Positions 1 to 12,446 of a stretch of DNA of 24,347 nucleotides are shown in pieces (the stretch's first letter is position 1; each line of letters starts with the position of its first letter). The stretch is taken from assembly GCA_049971295.1 (NCBI GenBank), contig JBMFLH010000025.1:1397-25743 (forward strand), written 5' to 3'. A program made the translations under genes and the position numbers. The stretch is from Candidatus Ratteibacteria bacterium. GTDB lineage: Bacteria; Ratteibacteria; UBA8468; B48-G9; DTJG01. The notes under the pieces are model-generated. The model saw only the letters and a program-made list of their open reading frames with translations. It did not search any database and had not been told where the DNA came from.

Positions 1-2
1 TG

Positions 3-200
3 ATAAAATCCATTAGATTGGGTTGCAAAAGATTTGAATTCTGTCCTGAAGTTACTGCAAAAATCGCAAAAAAAGGAATAAAAATATATGAAGTTCCTAT
101 CAAGTATGCACCAAGAACAAAAAGAGAAGGCAAAAAAATTAAATGGAAAGATGGGTTAATTGCCATATGGACACTGATAAAATACAGAATTCTTGCTTAA
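3..200 (+). CDS. GT2 glycosyltransferase, DPM1/polyprenol-phosphate type, C-terminal fragment (5' truncated by window edge)
   Basis: The frame is open from base 3 (IKSIRLGCKRFEF...). FEFCPEVTAKI..KGIKIYEVPIKYAPR..EGKKIKWKDG is the typical C-terminus of DPM1-like GT2 proteins. Confidence 0.85.
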   Translation: MKSIRLGCKRFEFCPEVTAKIAKKGIKIYEVPIKYAPRTKREGKKIKWKDGLIAIWTLIKYRILA

Positions 201-1003
201 TATGTGGAGGAGATACCCGGGTTGTCTGGAAAGAAAAAAAATATATTGCAAGAAGATGCAAAAGATGTGGCGTAATCTTTTGCCCTCCTGCAGGTGATTT
301 AAGAGATCTTTACGATGAAAAATATTTTTCTCACTGGTACATCAAATCATATTTCAAAAGAAAAAGATATCTTAAAAAACTTTTTTTGCATATCGAAAAA
401 AAAATCACATTACCTCAAGGAAATTTACTTGATGTTGGTTGTGGTACTGGAATATTTCTCGAACTCGCAAAAAAAAGAAACTTCAATGTCACAGGACTTG
501 ATATTTCACCATTTGCTGTCGAACATTGTAAAAAAAAGGGTTTTGACGTGATCCATGGCGATATACAACAAGCAAAGTTCATTGACAAATATTTTGACAT
601 TGTAACAATGTTAGATGTTATTGCACATGTAAATTATCCATTAGAATATCTCAGGAGAATTAACAAAATTCTTAAAAACAATGGCCTAATTCTCATTAAA
701 ACACCTTTACATTCCATGTTACTTTTTCATATCGCCAATCTATTGAAATTTACTGGAAAATCAAAAGGTTTGCTTCATATTCCTGCACAGATATTCCATT
801 TTAATTTTAGATCTATCAGAAATCTTTTATACCTGGCAGGATTTGAAACAGTTTGTGTTATAAAGACAAAAGATCTGCCTGGTTTTTTTCTTTCTCTTTC
901 ACCTGGTACAATATTTCTTTACCTTGTTAAAGTATTATTTCGACCAATTTTTATTTCAAATTCACTAATTATAATAGGCAGAAAATACGAAATTTCTCAG
1001 TGA
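167..1003 (+). CDS. Class I SAM-dependent methyltransferase with N-terminal CxxC..CxxC, glycan-cluster type
   Basis: Motif I LLDVGCGTG, acidic GLDIS, FDIVTMLDVIAHV..P and N-terminal CLIC/CKRC. Start is ATG167 or ATG143 (uncertain). Confidence 0.85.
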   Translation: MDTDKIQNSCLICGGDTRVVWKEKKYIARRCKRCGVIFCPPAGDLRDLYDEKYFSHWYIKSYFKRKRYLKKLFLHIEKKITLPQGNLLDVGCGTGIFLELAKKRNFNVTGLDISPFAVEHCKKKGFDVIHGDIQQAKFIDKYFDIVTMLDVIAHVNYPLEYLRRINKILKNNGLILIKTPLHSMLLFHIANLLKFTGKSKGLLHIPAQIFHFNFRSIRNLLYLAGFETVCVIKTKDLPGFFLSLSPGTIFLYLVKVLFRPIFISNSLIIIGRKYEISQ

Positions 1004-1042
1004 TTGCAAAGTTTCAGTGTATAATATGATATTGGTAAAAAA

Positions 1043-2068
1043 ATGGGAAAAATACTGATAACAGGCGGAGCTGGTTTTATTGGAACAAATCTGGCATTGG
1101 ATCTGGTACGGGATCCCAGAAATCATGTGATGATTTTTGACAACCTTGCGCGACCAGGCGTTGAAAAAAATTTGAGATTTCTTTTATCGCAAGGATATAA
1201 AAATCTTGAATTTATAAAAGGCGATATTAGAAATTACAAACTGGTCAAGGAAATTACCAGAGGAGTGAAATCTATTTTTCATCTTGCGGCTCAGGTTGCT
1301 GTGACATCTTCTGTTCATGACCCTATTTATGATTTCCAGGTGAATGTAATGGGCACATTGTTCCTTTTGGAAGCGTGCAAACAGAATTCCAGAAATACAA
1401 TGTTTCTATATGCTTCTACAAACAAGGTTTATGGAGACCTTTCCCATTTGAAAATCAAAGAAACCAAAACGAGATATAAGTTGGTGCAGAGACCAGATGG
1501 CATATCAGAAAATGAATTACTTGATTTTCATTCTCCGTATGGCTGTTCAAAAGGTGCAGCAGACCAATATGTGAGGGATTACTTCCGTATTTACGGGATG
1601 AAAACAGTTGTGTTCAGACAATCCTGCATTTATGGGCCATATCAACATGGAAATGTTGACCAGGGCTGGGTTGTGCATTTTATTTTGCAGAATCTTGCTT
1701 GTAATCCAGTGACAATATATGGTGATGGAAAACAGGTGAGAGATATCCTGCATGTGCAAGACTTGATAGATGCCTACAAAAAGGTAATACATATGCCTGA
1801 TCAATGTGCTGGTAAAATTTTTAATATCGGTGGTGGAACAAAAAATTCATTCTCATTGCTTGAGTTAATATCCCTTATTGAAAAAATCACAGGTAAAAAA
1901 ATGAAGTATAGTTTTGATAACTGGAGGCCAGGAGATCAGAAAGTTTTTATCAGTGAAAATAAGAAAATAAAAAGAGAAATAAACTGGAAACCACAAATTT
2001 CTGGGAAGAAAGGTATAAAAGAATTGATTGAATGGATAAAATCACACCCAGAATTTTATTTGAGATAA
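1043..2068 (+). CDS. rfbE: CDP-paratose/tyvelose 2-epimerase-like extended SDR
   Basis: TGGAGFIG, HLAAQVAVTSS, STNKVYG, FHSPYGCSKGAADQY (YxxxK), FRQSCIYG..Q.G..DQGWV and WRPGDQ match RfbE/Tyv family signatures. True substrate unknown. Confidence 0.8.
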   Translation: MGKILITGGAGFIGTNLALDLVRDPRNHVMIFDNLARPGVEKNLRFLLSQGYKNLEFIKGDIRNYKLVKEITRGVKSIFHLAAQVAVTSSVHDPIYDFQVNVMGTLFLLEACKQNSRNTMFLYASTNKVYGDLSHLKIKETKTRYKLVQRPDGISENELLDFHSPYGCSKGAADQYVRDYFRIYGMKTVVFRQSCIYGPYQHGNVDQGWVVHFILQNLACNPVTIYGDGKQVRDILHVQDLIDAYKKVIHMPDQCAGKIFNIGGGTKNSFSLLELISLIEKITGKKMKYSFDNWRPGDQKVFISENKKIKREINWKPQISGKKGIKELIEWIKSHPEFYLR

Positions 2069-2072
2069 AAAC

Positions 2073-3392
2073 ATGAGACACATTGGTGTTATAGGAGCAG
2101 GACACGTGGGACTTGTGACAGCTGCATGTTTTGCGAAAATGGGTAATATTGTCATATGCGCTGATAATGATATTGCAAAGATAAAAGGTTTGAAAAGAAA
2201 TCAGATGCCATTTTATGAGCCACAACTTGAAGATATAGTGACAGATGCTATAAAAAAAGGCAGATTAACTGTCACATCTTCTGTGAATAAACTTGTCAGA
2301 AGTTCAGAAATCATTTTTATTGCTGTTGGTACTCCTTCAACTGATAGTGGTGAAGCAGATTTGTCAGCGATAGAAAATGTTATCGTTCAGATTGCAAAGG
2401 CGCTTAATTCTAAAAAACAAAAAAGAACATACAAACTGATCGTTGAAAAAAGTACTGTTCCTGTGTTTACCGGTCAATGGGTTAAGAAAACCCTGACTGT
2501 TTTGACGCCTACAGGTATAGAATTTGATGTTGCGGCAAATCCTGAGTTTCTCAGAGAAGGAACCGCAATAAATGATTTCTTGAAACCTGATAGAATTGTT
2601 GTGGGAGTGGAAAGTGAAAGAGCGAAAAGAATATTCCAGGAACTTTACAAACCTTTAAAAGCACCCATGATATTTACAGATATTAAAAGCGCTGAATTGA
2701 TAAAGCATGCATCAAACTCTTTTCTTGCAACGAAAATTTCTTTTATAAACGCGATATCACAGATATGTGAAAAATGCGGTGCTGATATTGACAAGGTGGC
2801 TGAAGGCATGGGTTATGATAGAAGAATCGGCATGGCGTTTCTCAAGGCAGGAATTGGCTATGGTGGTTCATGTTTTCCTAAGGACATTAAGGCATTTTTT
2901 CGTCTTGCAAAAAGATTTGGTATTTCTTTTAATCTTCTTAAAGAAGTTGAAAAAATCAATAGGCAACAGCGGGCAATTGTGATAGAAAAGGCATCAAATT
3001 TTCTGAATGGAAATTTAAAAAATAAAAAAATTTGTGCCTTGGGAGCATCATTTAAACCGTTCACAGATGACCTGAGAGAAAGCCCTGCTGTTGACGTTAT
3101 GAGAATGCTTATTTCGAAAGGAGCAAAAGTTGTTTGTTATGATCCAATGGCATTGAAAAATCTTTTGCGTACCCTACCAGATGTGTTAATAGCCCAAAGT
3201 CCTTATGATGCATTGAAAGACGCTGAATTGATGCTGCTTTTGACAGAATGGCCACAGTTTCAATCCCTTGATTTCAAAAAAGTCAGGTATTTGATGAAAA
3301 GGCCTTTGATTATTGATGGAAGAAATTTTCTTAATCCACAGTATCTCAAAAAACTCGGATTTCAGTATACTGGAATAGGAAGAAAAATATGA
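2073..3392 (+). CDS. ugd: UDP-glucose 6-dehydrogenase
   Basis: GAGHVG, IAVGTP, EKSTVPV, NPEFLREG, KHASNSFLATKISF, catalytic GYGGSCFPKD, FKP.TDDLRESP and DGRN. Confidence 0.93.
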   Translation: MRHIGVIGAGHVGLVTAACFAKMGNIVICADNDIAKIKGLKRNQMPFYEPQLEDIVTDAIKKGRLTVTSSVNKLVRSSEIIFIAVGTPSTDSGEADLSAIENVIVQIAKALNSKKQKRTYKLIVEKSTVPVFTGQWVKKTLTVLTPTGIEFDVAANPEFLREGTAINDFLKPDRIVVGVESERAKRIFQELYKPLKAPMIFTDIKSAELIKHASNSFLATKISFINAISQICEKCGADIDKVAEGMGYDRRIGMAFLKAGIGYGGSCFPKDIKAFFRLAKRFGISFNLLKEVEKINRQQRAIVIEKASNFLNGNLKNKKICALGASFKPFTDDLRESPAVDVMRMLISKGAKVVCYDPMALKNLLRTLPDVLIAQSPYDALKDAELMLLLTEWPQFQSLDFKKVRYLMKRPLIIDGRNFLNPQYLKKLGFQYTGIGRKI

Positions 3393-4330
3393 ATGTAATT
3401 GTTGTTGGAGGCGCTGGATTTCTCGGGAGTCATTTGTGCGATGCGTTAGTGAAAAAGGCGGACAGGGTTTTGTGCATTGACAATTTTATTACAGGAAATA
3501 AAGAAAATGTTGCGCATTTACTAAAAAACAAAAATTTTGTTTTTTTTGAAGAGGATATCATTACCTGTGAGATTGAGAAAAAATTGCCATTTACTCCTGA
3601 TATTGTGTTTCATCTTGCAAGTCCTGCTTCTCCGAAAGATTACACGAAGTATCCTGTAGAAACTCTGCTTGTGAATTCTCTTGGAACAAAAAAATGCCTG
3701 GACCTTTGTCTGAAAACAGGATCAAAATTCCTTTTTACCTCTACTTCAGAGGTCTATGGGGACCCTTTAATAAGTCCACAGAAAGAAGATTACTGGGGAA
3801 ATGTTAATCCAGTAGGACCTCGGTCAATGTATGATGAAGGGAAAAGATTTGCTGAGGCAATTACAGTGGCTTATCACAAAAAGTACGGCATTAAGACATA
3901 CCTTCCGAGAATTTTTAATACATATGGTCCACGAATGCGACTTGATGATGGTAGAGTAATTCCAAATTTTATTTCGCAGGTGATGAAAGGAGAGCCACTT
4001 ACCATATATGGCGATGGACAACAAACAAGAAGTTTTTGCTATGTGGATGATTTAATAAGAGGTTTACTGATGCTTGTTGAATCAGACTATCACATGCCAG
4101 TTAATCTTGGAAACCCCGAGGAATTCACAATTCTGGAACTGGCAGAAAAAATCAGAAATATTACAAGAACAAATATTCAGATAGAATTTTTGCCGCCTCT
4201 TCCTGACGACCCGCGGAAAAGAAAGCCAGATGTAGAACTTGCAAAAAAGCTTCTTGGATGGGAGCCAACTATCAATCTGAATGATGGACTGAGAAAAACA
4301 CTTTCCTATTACACCGGTAAAACACTATGA
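3389..4330 (+). CDS. uxs: UDP-glucuronate decarboxylase (UDP-xylose synthase)
   Basis: GGAGFLGSH, HLASPASP, STSEVYGDP, YWGNVNPVGPRSMYDEGKR, RIFNTYGPRM..DDGRV and QTRSFCYVDD. ATGA overlap with ugd. Confidence 0.9.
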   Translation: MNVIVVGGAGFLGSHLCDALVKKADRVLCIDNFITGNKENVAHLLKNKNFVFFEEDIITCEIEKKLPFTPDIVFHLASPASPKDYTKYPVETLLVNSLGTKKCLDLCLKTGSKFLFTSTSEVYGDPLISPQKEDYWGNVNPVGPRSMYDEGKRFAEAITVAYHKKYGIKTYLPRIFNTYGPRMRLDDGRVIPNFISQVMKGEPLTIYGDGQQTRSFCYVDDLIRGLLMLVESDYHMPVNLGNPEEFTILELAEKIRNITRTNIQIEFLPPLPDDPRKRKPDVELAKKLLGWEPTINLNDGLRKTLSYYTGKTL

Positions 4331-5451
4331 AAAAGGTCCTTATTACTGGGGGAGCAGGTTTTATTGGAAGTCATCTATGCGACGCGCTGATAGAGAAAGG
4401 TTATAAAGTTACAGTTTTCGATTCACTTGACAAACAGGTCCATCCTGCAGGTAAAATTCCTGATTATTTCAACAGAAAAGCGAATTTTGTGAAAGGTGAT
4501 GTAAGAAATTATGACAAATTCAAGGATGTTTTGACTTCCCACGACTATGTTTTTCATTTTGCAGCAGCAGTTGGCGTGGGGCAATCTCAATATAAAATTT
4601 CAAAATATGTTGATGTAAATATTTATGGTACTGCAAATCTTCTTGATATACTTGTCAATGCCAGGCACCGTATTAAAAAAATCATAGTTGCTGCATCAAT
4701 GAGCAGTTATGGTGAGGGTATGGCAAAATGTGAAAGATGTGGAATATTCAAACCAGAATTGAGAAATATTTCAGAAAGCGGAAAAAGAGAACGCAAATTC
4801 TGGGAAATAAAATGCCCGAAATGTAGGAAGATTGCAGTACCAATTCCAACAACTGAACAATCTCCGTTGACGGCTAATTCAATTTATGCTATTTCAAAAA
4901 AGGAACAGGAAGAAATGAGTCTTCTGATTGGAAAAACTTATGGTATTCCTGTTGTTTCATTAAGATTTTTCAATGTTTTTGGGCCGCGTCAATCTCTTTC
5001 AAATCCTTATACAGGAGTGACTGCCATTTTTATCAGCAGGATAAAAAATAACAATCCTCCTGTGATTTTTGAAGATGGTTTTCAGACAAGGGATTTTATA
5101 TGGGTGGGGGATGTTATAAAGGCAAATATTCTTGCTTTGGAACAGGAAAGTGCAAATTATGAGATTTTCAATGTTGGAACTGGGAAACCTGTAAGTATTC
5201 TTGAAATAGCAAAACTTTTGATTAAGTTGTCAGGAAAATCACTGGAGCCCATTGTTACCTATAGCTTCAGAAAAGGGGATGTTAGGCATTGTTTTGCAGA
5301 TATAAAGAAGATAAAAAGATTGCTTGGATTTAGGCCGGAAGTTTCATTAGAAAAAGGGCTAACGATGTTATTGGATTGGTCAAAACAGACAGATGCCAGT
5401 GATGGTTTTGAAAAGGCGTTGAAAGAGTTGAGGGAAAAGAAGCTTGTGTGA
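4327..5451 (+). CDS. NAD-dependent epimerase/dehydratase (extended SDR) with CxxC..CxxC insertion
   Basis: TGGAGFIGSH, AAAVGVGQS, ASMSSYGEG, YAISK, RFFNVFGPRQSLSNPYTGV and FRKGDVRHC. The insertion reads CERC...CPKC. Confidence 0.88.
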   Translation: MKKVLITGGAGFIGSHLCDALIEKGYKVTVFDSLDKQVHPAGKIPDYFNRKANFVKGDVRNYDKFKDVLTSHDYVFHFAAAVGVGQSQYKISKYVDVNIYGTANLLDILVNARHRIKKIIVAASMSSYGEGMAKCERCGIFKPELRNISESGKRERKFWEIKCPKCRKIAVPIPTTEQSPLTANSIYAISKKEQEEMSLLIGKTYGIPVVSLRFFNVFGPRQSLSNPYTGVTAIFISRIKNNNPPVIFEDGFQTRDFIWVGDVIKANILALEQESANYEIFNVGTGKPVSILEIAKLLIKLSGKSLEPIVTYSFRKGDVRHCFADIKKIKRLLGFRPEVSLEKGLTMLLDWSKQTDASDGFEKALKELREKKLV

Positions 5452-6160
5452 AGAAAACAATATTCTGTTAAGTATTGTAATCCCGGCAAGAAACGAGCAG
5501 GAAAATCTTGAGGAAACGATTGATTCTCTTTTTTCTTTTATTGATAGTGGTATTACTGAAATTATTGTCGTAAATGACCATTCAACTGATTGCACTGAAA
5601 TGATTGTGAAAAAAATTGCTGAGAAAAAACCGCAGGTAAGACTGGTTCATAATGAAGATGAACCTGGTTTTGCGAACGCACTGAAAACAGGGTTCAGTCA
5701 TGCAAAAGGTGAATATGTGGTACCTGTAATGGCTGATGGATGTGATAATCCGGTAACAATTCAATTGATGATTGAAAAAGCAAAAGAAGGTTTTGACCTT
5801 GTATGCGGATGCCGATATATGAAAAATGGAAAAAAATATGGAGGACCAAAATTCCAGAACTTTTTTTCTAAATTTGTTTGCCTTTCTCTATATTATCTTG
5901 CTGGCATACCAACTCGAGATATATCCAATGCATTTAAACTATATAGACGGAAATTGTTGCAACAAATATGTTTGAAAGAAAAGGGTTTTGCAATTTCTAT
6001 GGAGGCTGCATTAAAATTTTATTTCGAGGGATATAAAATATGCGATGTGCCTACTACCTGGTATGGAAGAAAAAAGGGAAGATCAAAATTTAAGATTTCA
6101 AAAACCTTTCCCTATATTAAACTTTTTTTCTATGCAATAAGCAGATCATGGAAGCTTTAG
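5444..6160 (+). CDS. GT2 glycosyltransferase, DPM/DPG-synthase-like
   Basis: SIVIPARNE, VVNDHSTD, GF..ALKTG, MADGCD, D.SNAFKLY and R..G.SK. The TTG start overlaps the upstream stop (start uncertain). Confidence 0.85.
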   Translation: MCEENNILLSIVIPARNEQENLEETIDSLFSFIDSGITEIIVVNDHSTDCTEMIVKKIAEKKPQVRLVHNEDEPGFANALKTGFSHAKGEYVVPVMADGCDNPVTIQLMIEKAKEGFDLVCGCRYMKNGKKYGGPKFQNFFSKFVCLSLYYLAGIPTRDISNAFKLYRRKLLQQICLKEKGFAISMEAALKFYFEGYKICDVPTTWYGRKKGRSKFKISKTFPYIKLFFYAISRSWKL

Positions 6161-6858
6161 ATTTATCTGTTGTGATTCCTGCTTATAACGAAGAGAAAAG
6201 AATAAGAAAAACTATTTCAAAAGTACATGCTTACTTAGAAAACAAAAACATTTCATTTGAAATTATTGTTGTAGACGATGGCAGTATTGATTCAACTCGA
6301 GTAATTGTTTCATCCATGATTAGTAAATTTCCAAATATAAAACTGATTGTTCATTCAAAAAATGCAGGTAAAGGAGGAGCAGTTCAGACAGGTGTTTTGT
6401 CTGCAAAAGGAAAGATGGTTCTTGTTTCTGATGCTGACCTTTCCACGCCAGTTTCCGAGTTGGAGAAAATGGAACATTTTATTTCTGAAGGATATGATAT
6501 TGTGATTGCTTCGAGGAAATTAAAGGATTCAGTCATCCCTGTTCCTCAGCCATGGCACAGAAAATTATCAGGATGGGTTTTTCAATTTTTTGTGCGTCAA
6601 ATTTTGCGATTGCCATTTTCTGATACACAGTGTGGATTCAAGCTCTTTAAACGGGAAGTTGCAAAAAAAATTTTTCCAAATCTCAAACACAAAGGTTTTA
6701 TTTTTGATGTTGAAATTTTGTTCAGGGCAGTACATTTGAATTACCGTATAAAAGAGGTTGGTGTAATCTGGATGAATTCACCATACAGCACTGTTAGATT
6801 TTTTAGAGATTCTATTCGTATGTTTATTGATTTAATTAAAATCAGATTTGGAAAATGA
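6148..6858 (+). CDS. Polyprenol (dolichyl)-phosphate beta-glucosyltransferase-like GT2
   Basis: SVVIPAYNE, VDDGSID, N.GKGGAV..G, SDADLST, DTQCGFKLF and FDVE. Confidence 0.88.
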   Translation: MEALDLSVVIPAYNEEKRIRKTISKVHAYLENKNISFEIIVVDDGSIDSTRVIVSSMISKFPNIKLIVHSKNAGKGGAVQTGVLSAKGKMVLVSDADLSTPVSELEKMEHFISEGYDIVIASRKLKDSVIPVPQPWHRKLSGWVFQFFVRQILRLPFSDTQCGFKLFKREVAKKIFPNLKHKGFIFDVEILFRAVHLNYRIKEVGVIWMNSPYSTVRFFRDSIRMFIDLIKIRFGK

Positions 6859-8524
6859 AAAACTGGTATGTTGCAATATTAATTTTACTGTATATTGGAT
6901 GCTGCGCTCTGTATCTTTTTGGTATCAAATGGGGACTTCCTTCCTCTTACACAAAAAATTATTGTCCTGTGAACATTGGTGTTTCAGAAGAATATGTAAA
7001 ACAGAGCTGGCAGATTTCAAAGGAAAAAGCAGAGGAAAAACTACCACGTTCGATTTTCAATTCTATCAGGTCATTTCATCCTGATGAACAAAATATTCTT
7101 AAAAGTATCAGCGCAATGTCCCCAGAGAAAATGGATTTCAATCCTCACTTTTTTGAGTATCCTTCCTGTCAAATATATCTTGTCGCTATTACTCTTAAAA
7201 TGTTTTCAATAATGAAATTTGTGAATTTAACGAGTGATATTTCCTATTATTTCAACCACCGTGAAGAGATGGGAAAGATTTATCTTTCAGGACGATTATT
7301 AACAGTCGCAATGGCAGTATGTGGTCTTATACTTTTTACAATAGTAGCGGTTTCGCTATATGGAAAATGGGGAGGGCTTTTTTCCTCAGCGTGCCTGGGA
7401 TTATCCCCGCTATATGTTATCAACAGTCACTATATGACAGTTGATATTCCTATGATCTTCTGGATCATTGTTTCACTTTTTTTTATCGTCAAGTTTATCA
7501 GAACAAAAAAATTTTTATTCCTTTGCCTATCATCTTTTTTTGTTGGTGTCGCAGCAGGTACAAAGTATCCGGCTGCCACAATGATTTTTGTTCTTCCTTT
7601 TGTGCACTTTGCTGATAGGCGGAATTTTAATGTACGCTTTTTTAAAGAAATAATGATTTTGTTTTTTCTTTGTCTCGTAGGATTTTTGATTACTACACCT
7701 TATGCATTGATATCGTTTCAGGAGTTTAAGCGTGATGTGATGTATCAAACGTTCTCGCGCGGTGTTGGCGTTTCGGATTTACTGAGTTATTTTCGATTTC
7801 TGGGAGAATTTTTTGGTGCATTGTGGGTTGGTGTATGGCTGATTTTGATTCTTTATATCGCTGGAATCTGGATTCAGGCAGCACGAAGAAATTTTTCAGA
7901 CAGGATTGTTCTTACATGTTTTGTGTTAATGCTTTTACCATTATTGAGTGCAGGAGGTTTTAAATATGCTCGCTATTATTTGATTGTTTTGCCCTTTTTA
8001 AGTTTAAGCGCTGGTTGTATTTTTGGTCGAATTTTAGAAATTCGTAACTTAAAATTTAGACTTTCAGGAATTGTGATTTGCATAATTTTTCTTTTGGGTA
8101 GTTTTTCAAAATCTTTTGCCTATTCTGTCTTAATGAGTAAAAAAGATGTTCGCCTGATCGCTGCAGAATATATTGAAAAAGAAATTAAGCCAGCAAGTAC
8201 GATTATTTACACAAAGGACCCATGGATTTTTGAGGTTTCTCCTGTCAATCCATTAAAATATTCAATATCAATTATTCCTGAACAAAGTTTACAGAATGCA
8301 GAACAAGGGAGTTTTTTAATTATTGGCGAACTTCAGTATTTTTTAACTTCAGGTGATAGAGTGCAGGAAATGAACAAGAAAATATGGCAGATGGCGAAAA
8401 AAGGATTTATTGTTGAGAAAATTTTCAATAATCCTGTCCGGATTGGGCCTTTTGAATTTGATAACCGCTGGACACTTCACGATATGCTTTATGCTCATCC
8501 ACTAATATTTTTGTTTTATAAGCC

Positions 8525-8528
<4 letters not shown>
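6855..8528 (+). CDS. GT-C fold membrane glycosyltransferase (PMT_2/ArnT-like, GT39/GT83 type)
   Basis: N-terminal TM helix followed by a loop with HPDE and NPHFFEYP. Many hydrophobic segments, S..MTVD, TKYP, RY..IVLP and a soluble C-terminal domain. Confidence 0.85.
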
Positions 8529-10950
<2,422 letters not shown>

Positions 10951-10954
<4 letters not shown>

Positions 10955-12105
10955 CAGGGTATCTGGACATTAAAAATGGTTGCGCTGGTGATATGATATG
11001 CGCAGCTCTGTCAGGTTGCGTGGATGTGAAGGAAATTGAAAAACATTTGAAAAAAGTGAAATTTCCTTCAAAATATGATATTGAGATTCGCCAGGTTGTA
11101 CGATCCATCGGACACTTTCACGGAATTAAAGCAAATCAGTTTATTGTAAATGTTCAGGAAAAAGAAAATGAAAGATCTTACAGTGAAATTGTTTCAATTT
11201 TTTCAAACAGCAACCTATCTTCTTCGACAAAGAATAAAATATTGAAAATTTTTAATATTCTTGCAGAAGCAGAAGGCAGAGTTCATGGAGAGAATCTGGA
11301 ACGACTGCATTTTCATGCGGTTGGTCAAACTGATGCTCTTGTTGAAGTATCTTTTTCTGTCCTTGCAATGGAACAACTGGGAATTAAAAAACTGGTGGCT
11401 TCTTCTCCAGGTATTTCAAATGCCGCACCTGCAACAATGGAAATGATTTCAGGAATTCCTGTGATATTTTGTGATATCCCTTTTGAAATATCAACGCCCA
11501 CAGGCATCGCAATTGTGAAAGGGCTGGCAGATTCATTTGGTGATTCTTCGATCATGATACCACTTGGCTATGCGTATGGAACAGGAACACAAATCACTGA
11601 TTTGCCCAATACTGTTCAGTTTGTGTATGGAAAAGAAATTTCAGAAAGGGTAGAGAGCATAGGTATTATTGAAACATCTGTGGATGATATGAATCCTGTG
11701 ATTTTTGAGCATTTGATGGAAACCCTTTATCAGGCAGGTGCTCTTGAGGTTTGTTTTTTTACTGGTACCACAAAAAAATCACGGCCTATTTTTTTGATAA
11801 GAATTTTGTGCAAGCCAGAACATAGAGGTACAATCACAAAAATTATTTTCAAGGAAACAACATCCCTCGGCGTCCGGTACAGAGAAGAAAACAGGATTGT
11901 CCTTGAGAGGATTCAGAAAAAAATAAAAACTTCTTACGGTGAAATTAACGTGAAGTTTGGTTATATTGCTGGAGAAACAGTTAACATTATGCCAGAGTAC
12001 GAAGATTGCAAGAAAATCGCTATCGAAAAGAAAATTCCCATTAAATTTGTAATGCAGGAAGCTATGAAAGTGGCTATTGAATTTGAGAGCCAAAACAGAG
12101 TATAA
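10951..12105 (+). CDS. larC: LarC family protein (nickel-pincer cofactor nickel insertase homolog), divergent N-terminal domain
   Basis: YLD...G.AGDM..AL, AEAEGRVHG...HFH.VG..D, APAT, STPTG, IETSVDDMNP, KKSRP, ETTSLGVR and PEYEDC. Confidence 0.88.
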
Positions 12106-12106
12106 T
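12077..12106 (+). promoter_or_regulatory. Possible sigma70 promoter for DUF503-valS
   Basis: TTGAAT (12077-12082), 18 bp spacer, TATAAT (12101-12106), overlapping the larC 3' end. Confidence 0.3.
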
Positions 12107-12148
12107 ATTAGGTTCATTGTCTTCAGAATACAATAATTGGAGAAGAAC

Positions 12149-12442
12149 ATGGTGGTTGGTGTATGGATGGTAGAACTTCATATGCCATATGCGCAGAATC
12201 TCAAGGATAAAAGAAGCATACTCCAATCGATTCTTACAAAGTCCAGAAGTCGTTTTAATGTATCCATAGCAGAACTTGGTTATCATGATAAATGGCAAAG
12301 AAGTATTATGGGTGTTGCCTGCGTTGATTCTGAATCGCGCAGGGCTGAAAGTATTTTTTCTGCTATTCGTAAAATTTTCGAAGAAAATGGAATGGTCGTT
12401 GTGGTGAAAGAAAATATCAACTTTTATTCACTCGAGGATTGA
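12149..12442 (+). CDS. DUF503 (YlxP-like) protein
   Basis: MVVG...ELH.P....LKDKR......RFNVSIAE...HDKWQR. GGAG at 12139-12142 precedes ATG12149. Confidence 0.9.
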   Translation: MVVGVWMVELHMPYAQNLKDKRSILQSILTKSRSRFNVSIAELGYHDKWQRSIMGVACVDSESRRAESIFSAIRKIFEENGMVVVVKENINFYSLED

Positions 12443-12446
12443 TATA

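Noticed and set aside
1004..1030. TTGCAA and TATAAT/TATGAT upstream of the rfbE-like gene
   Set aside because: Spacing is 10 or 15 bp rather than about 17. A promoter is possible but not supportable.
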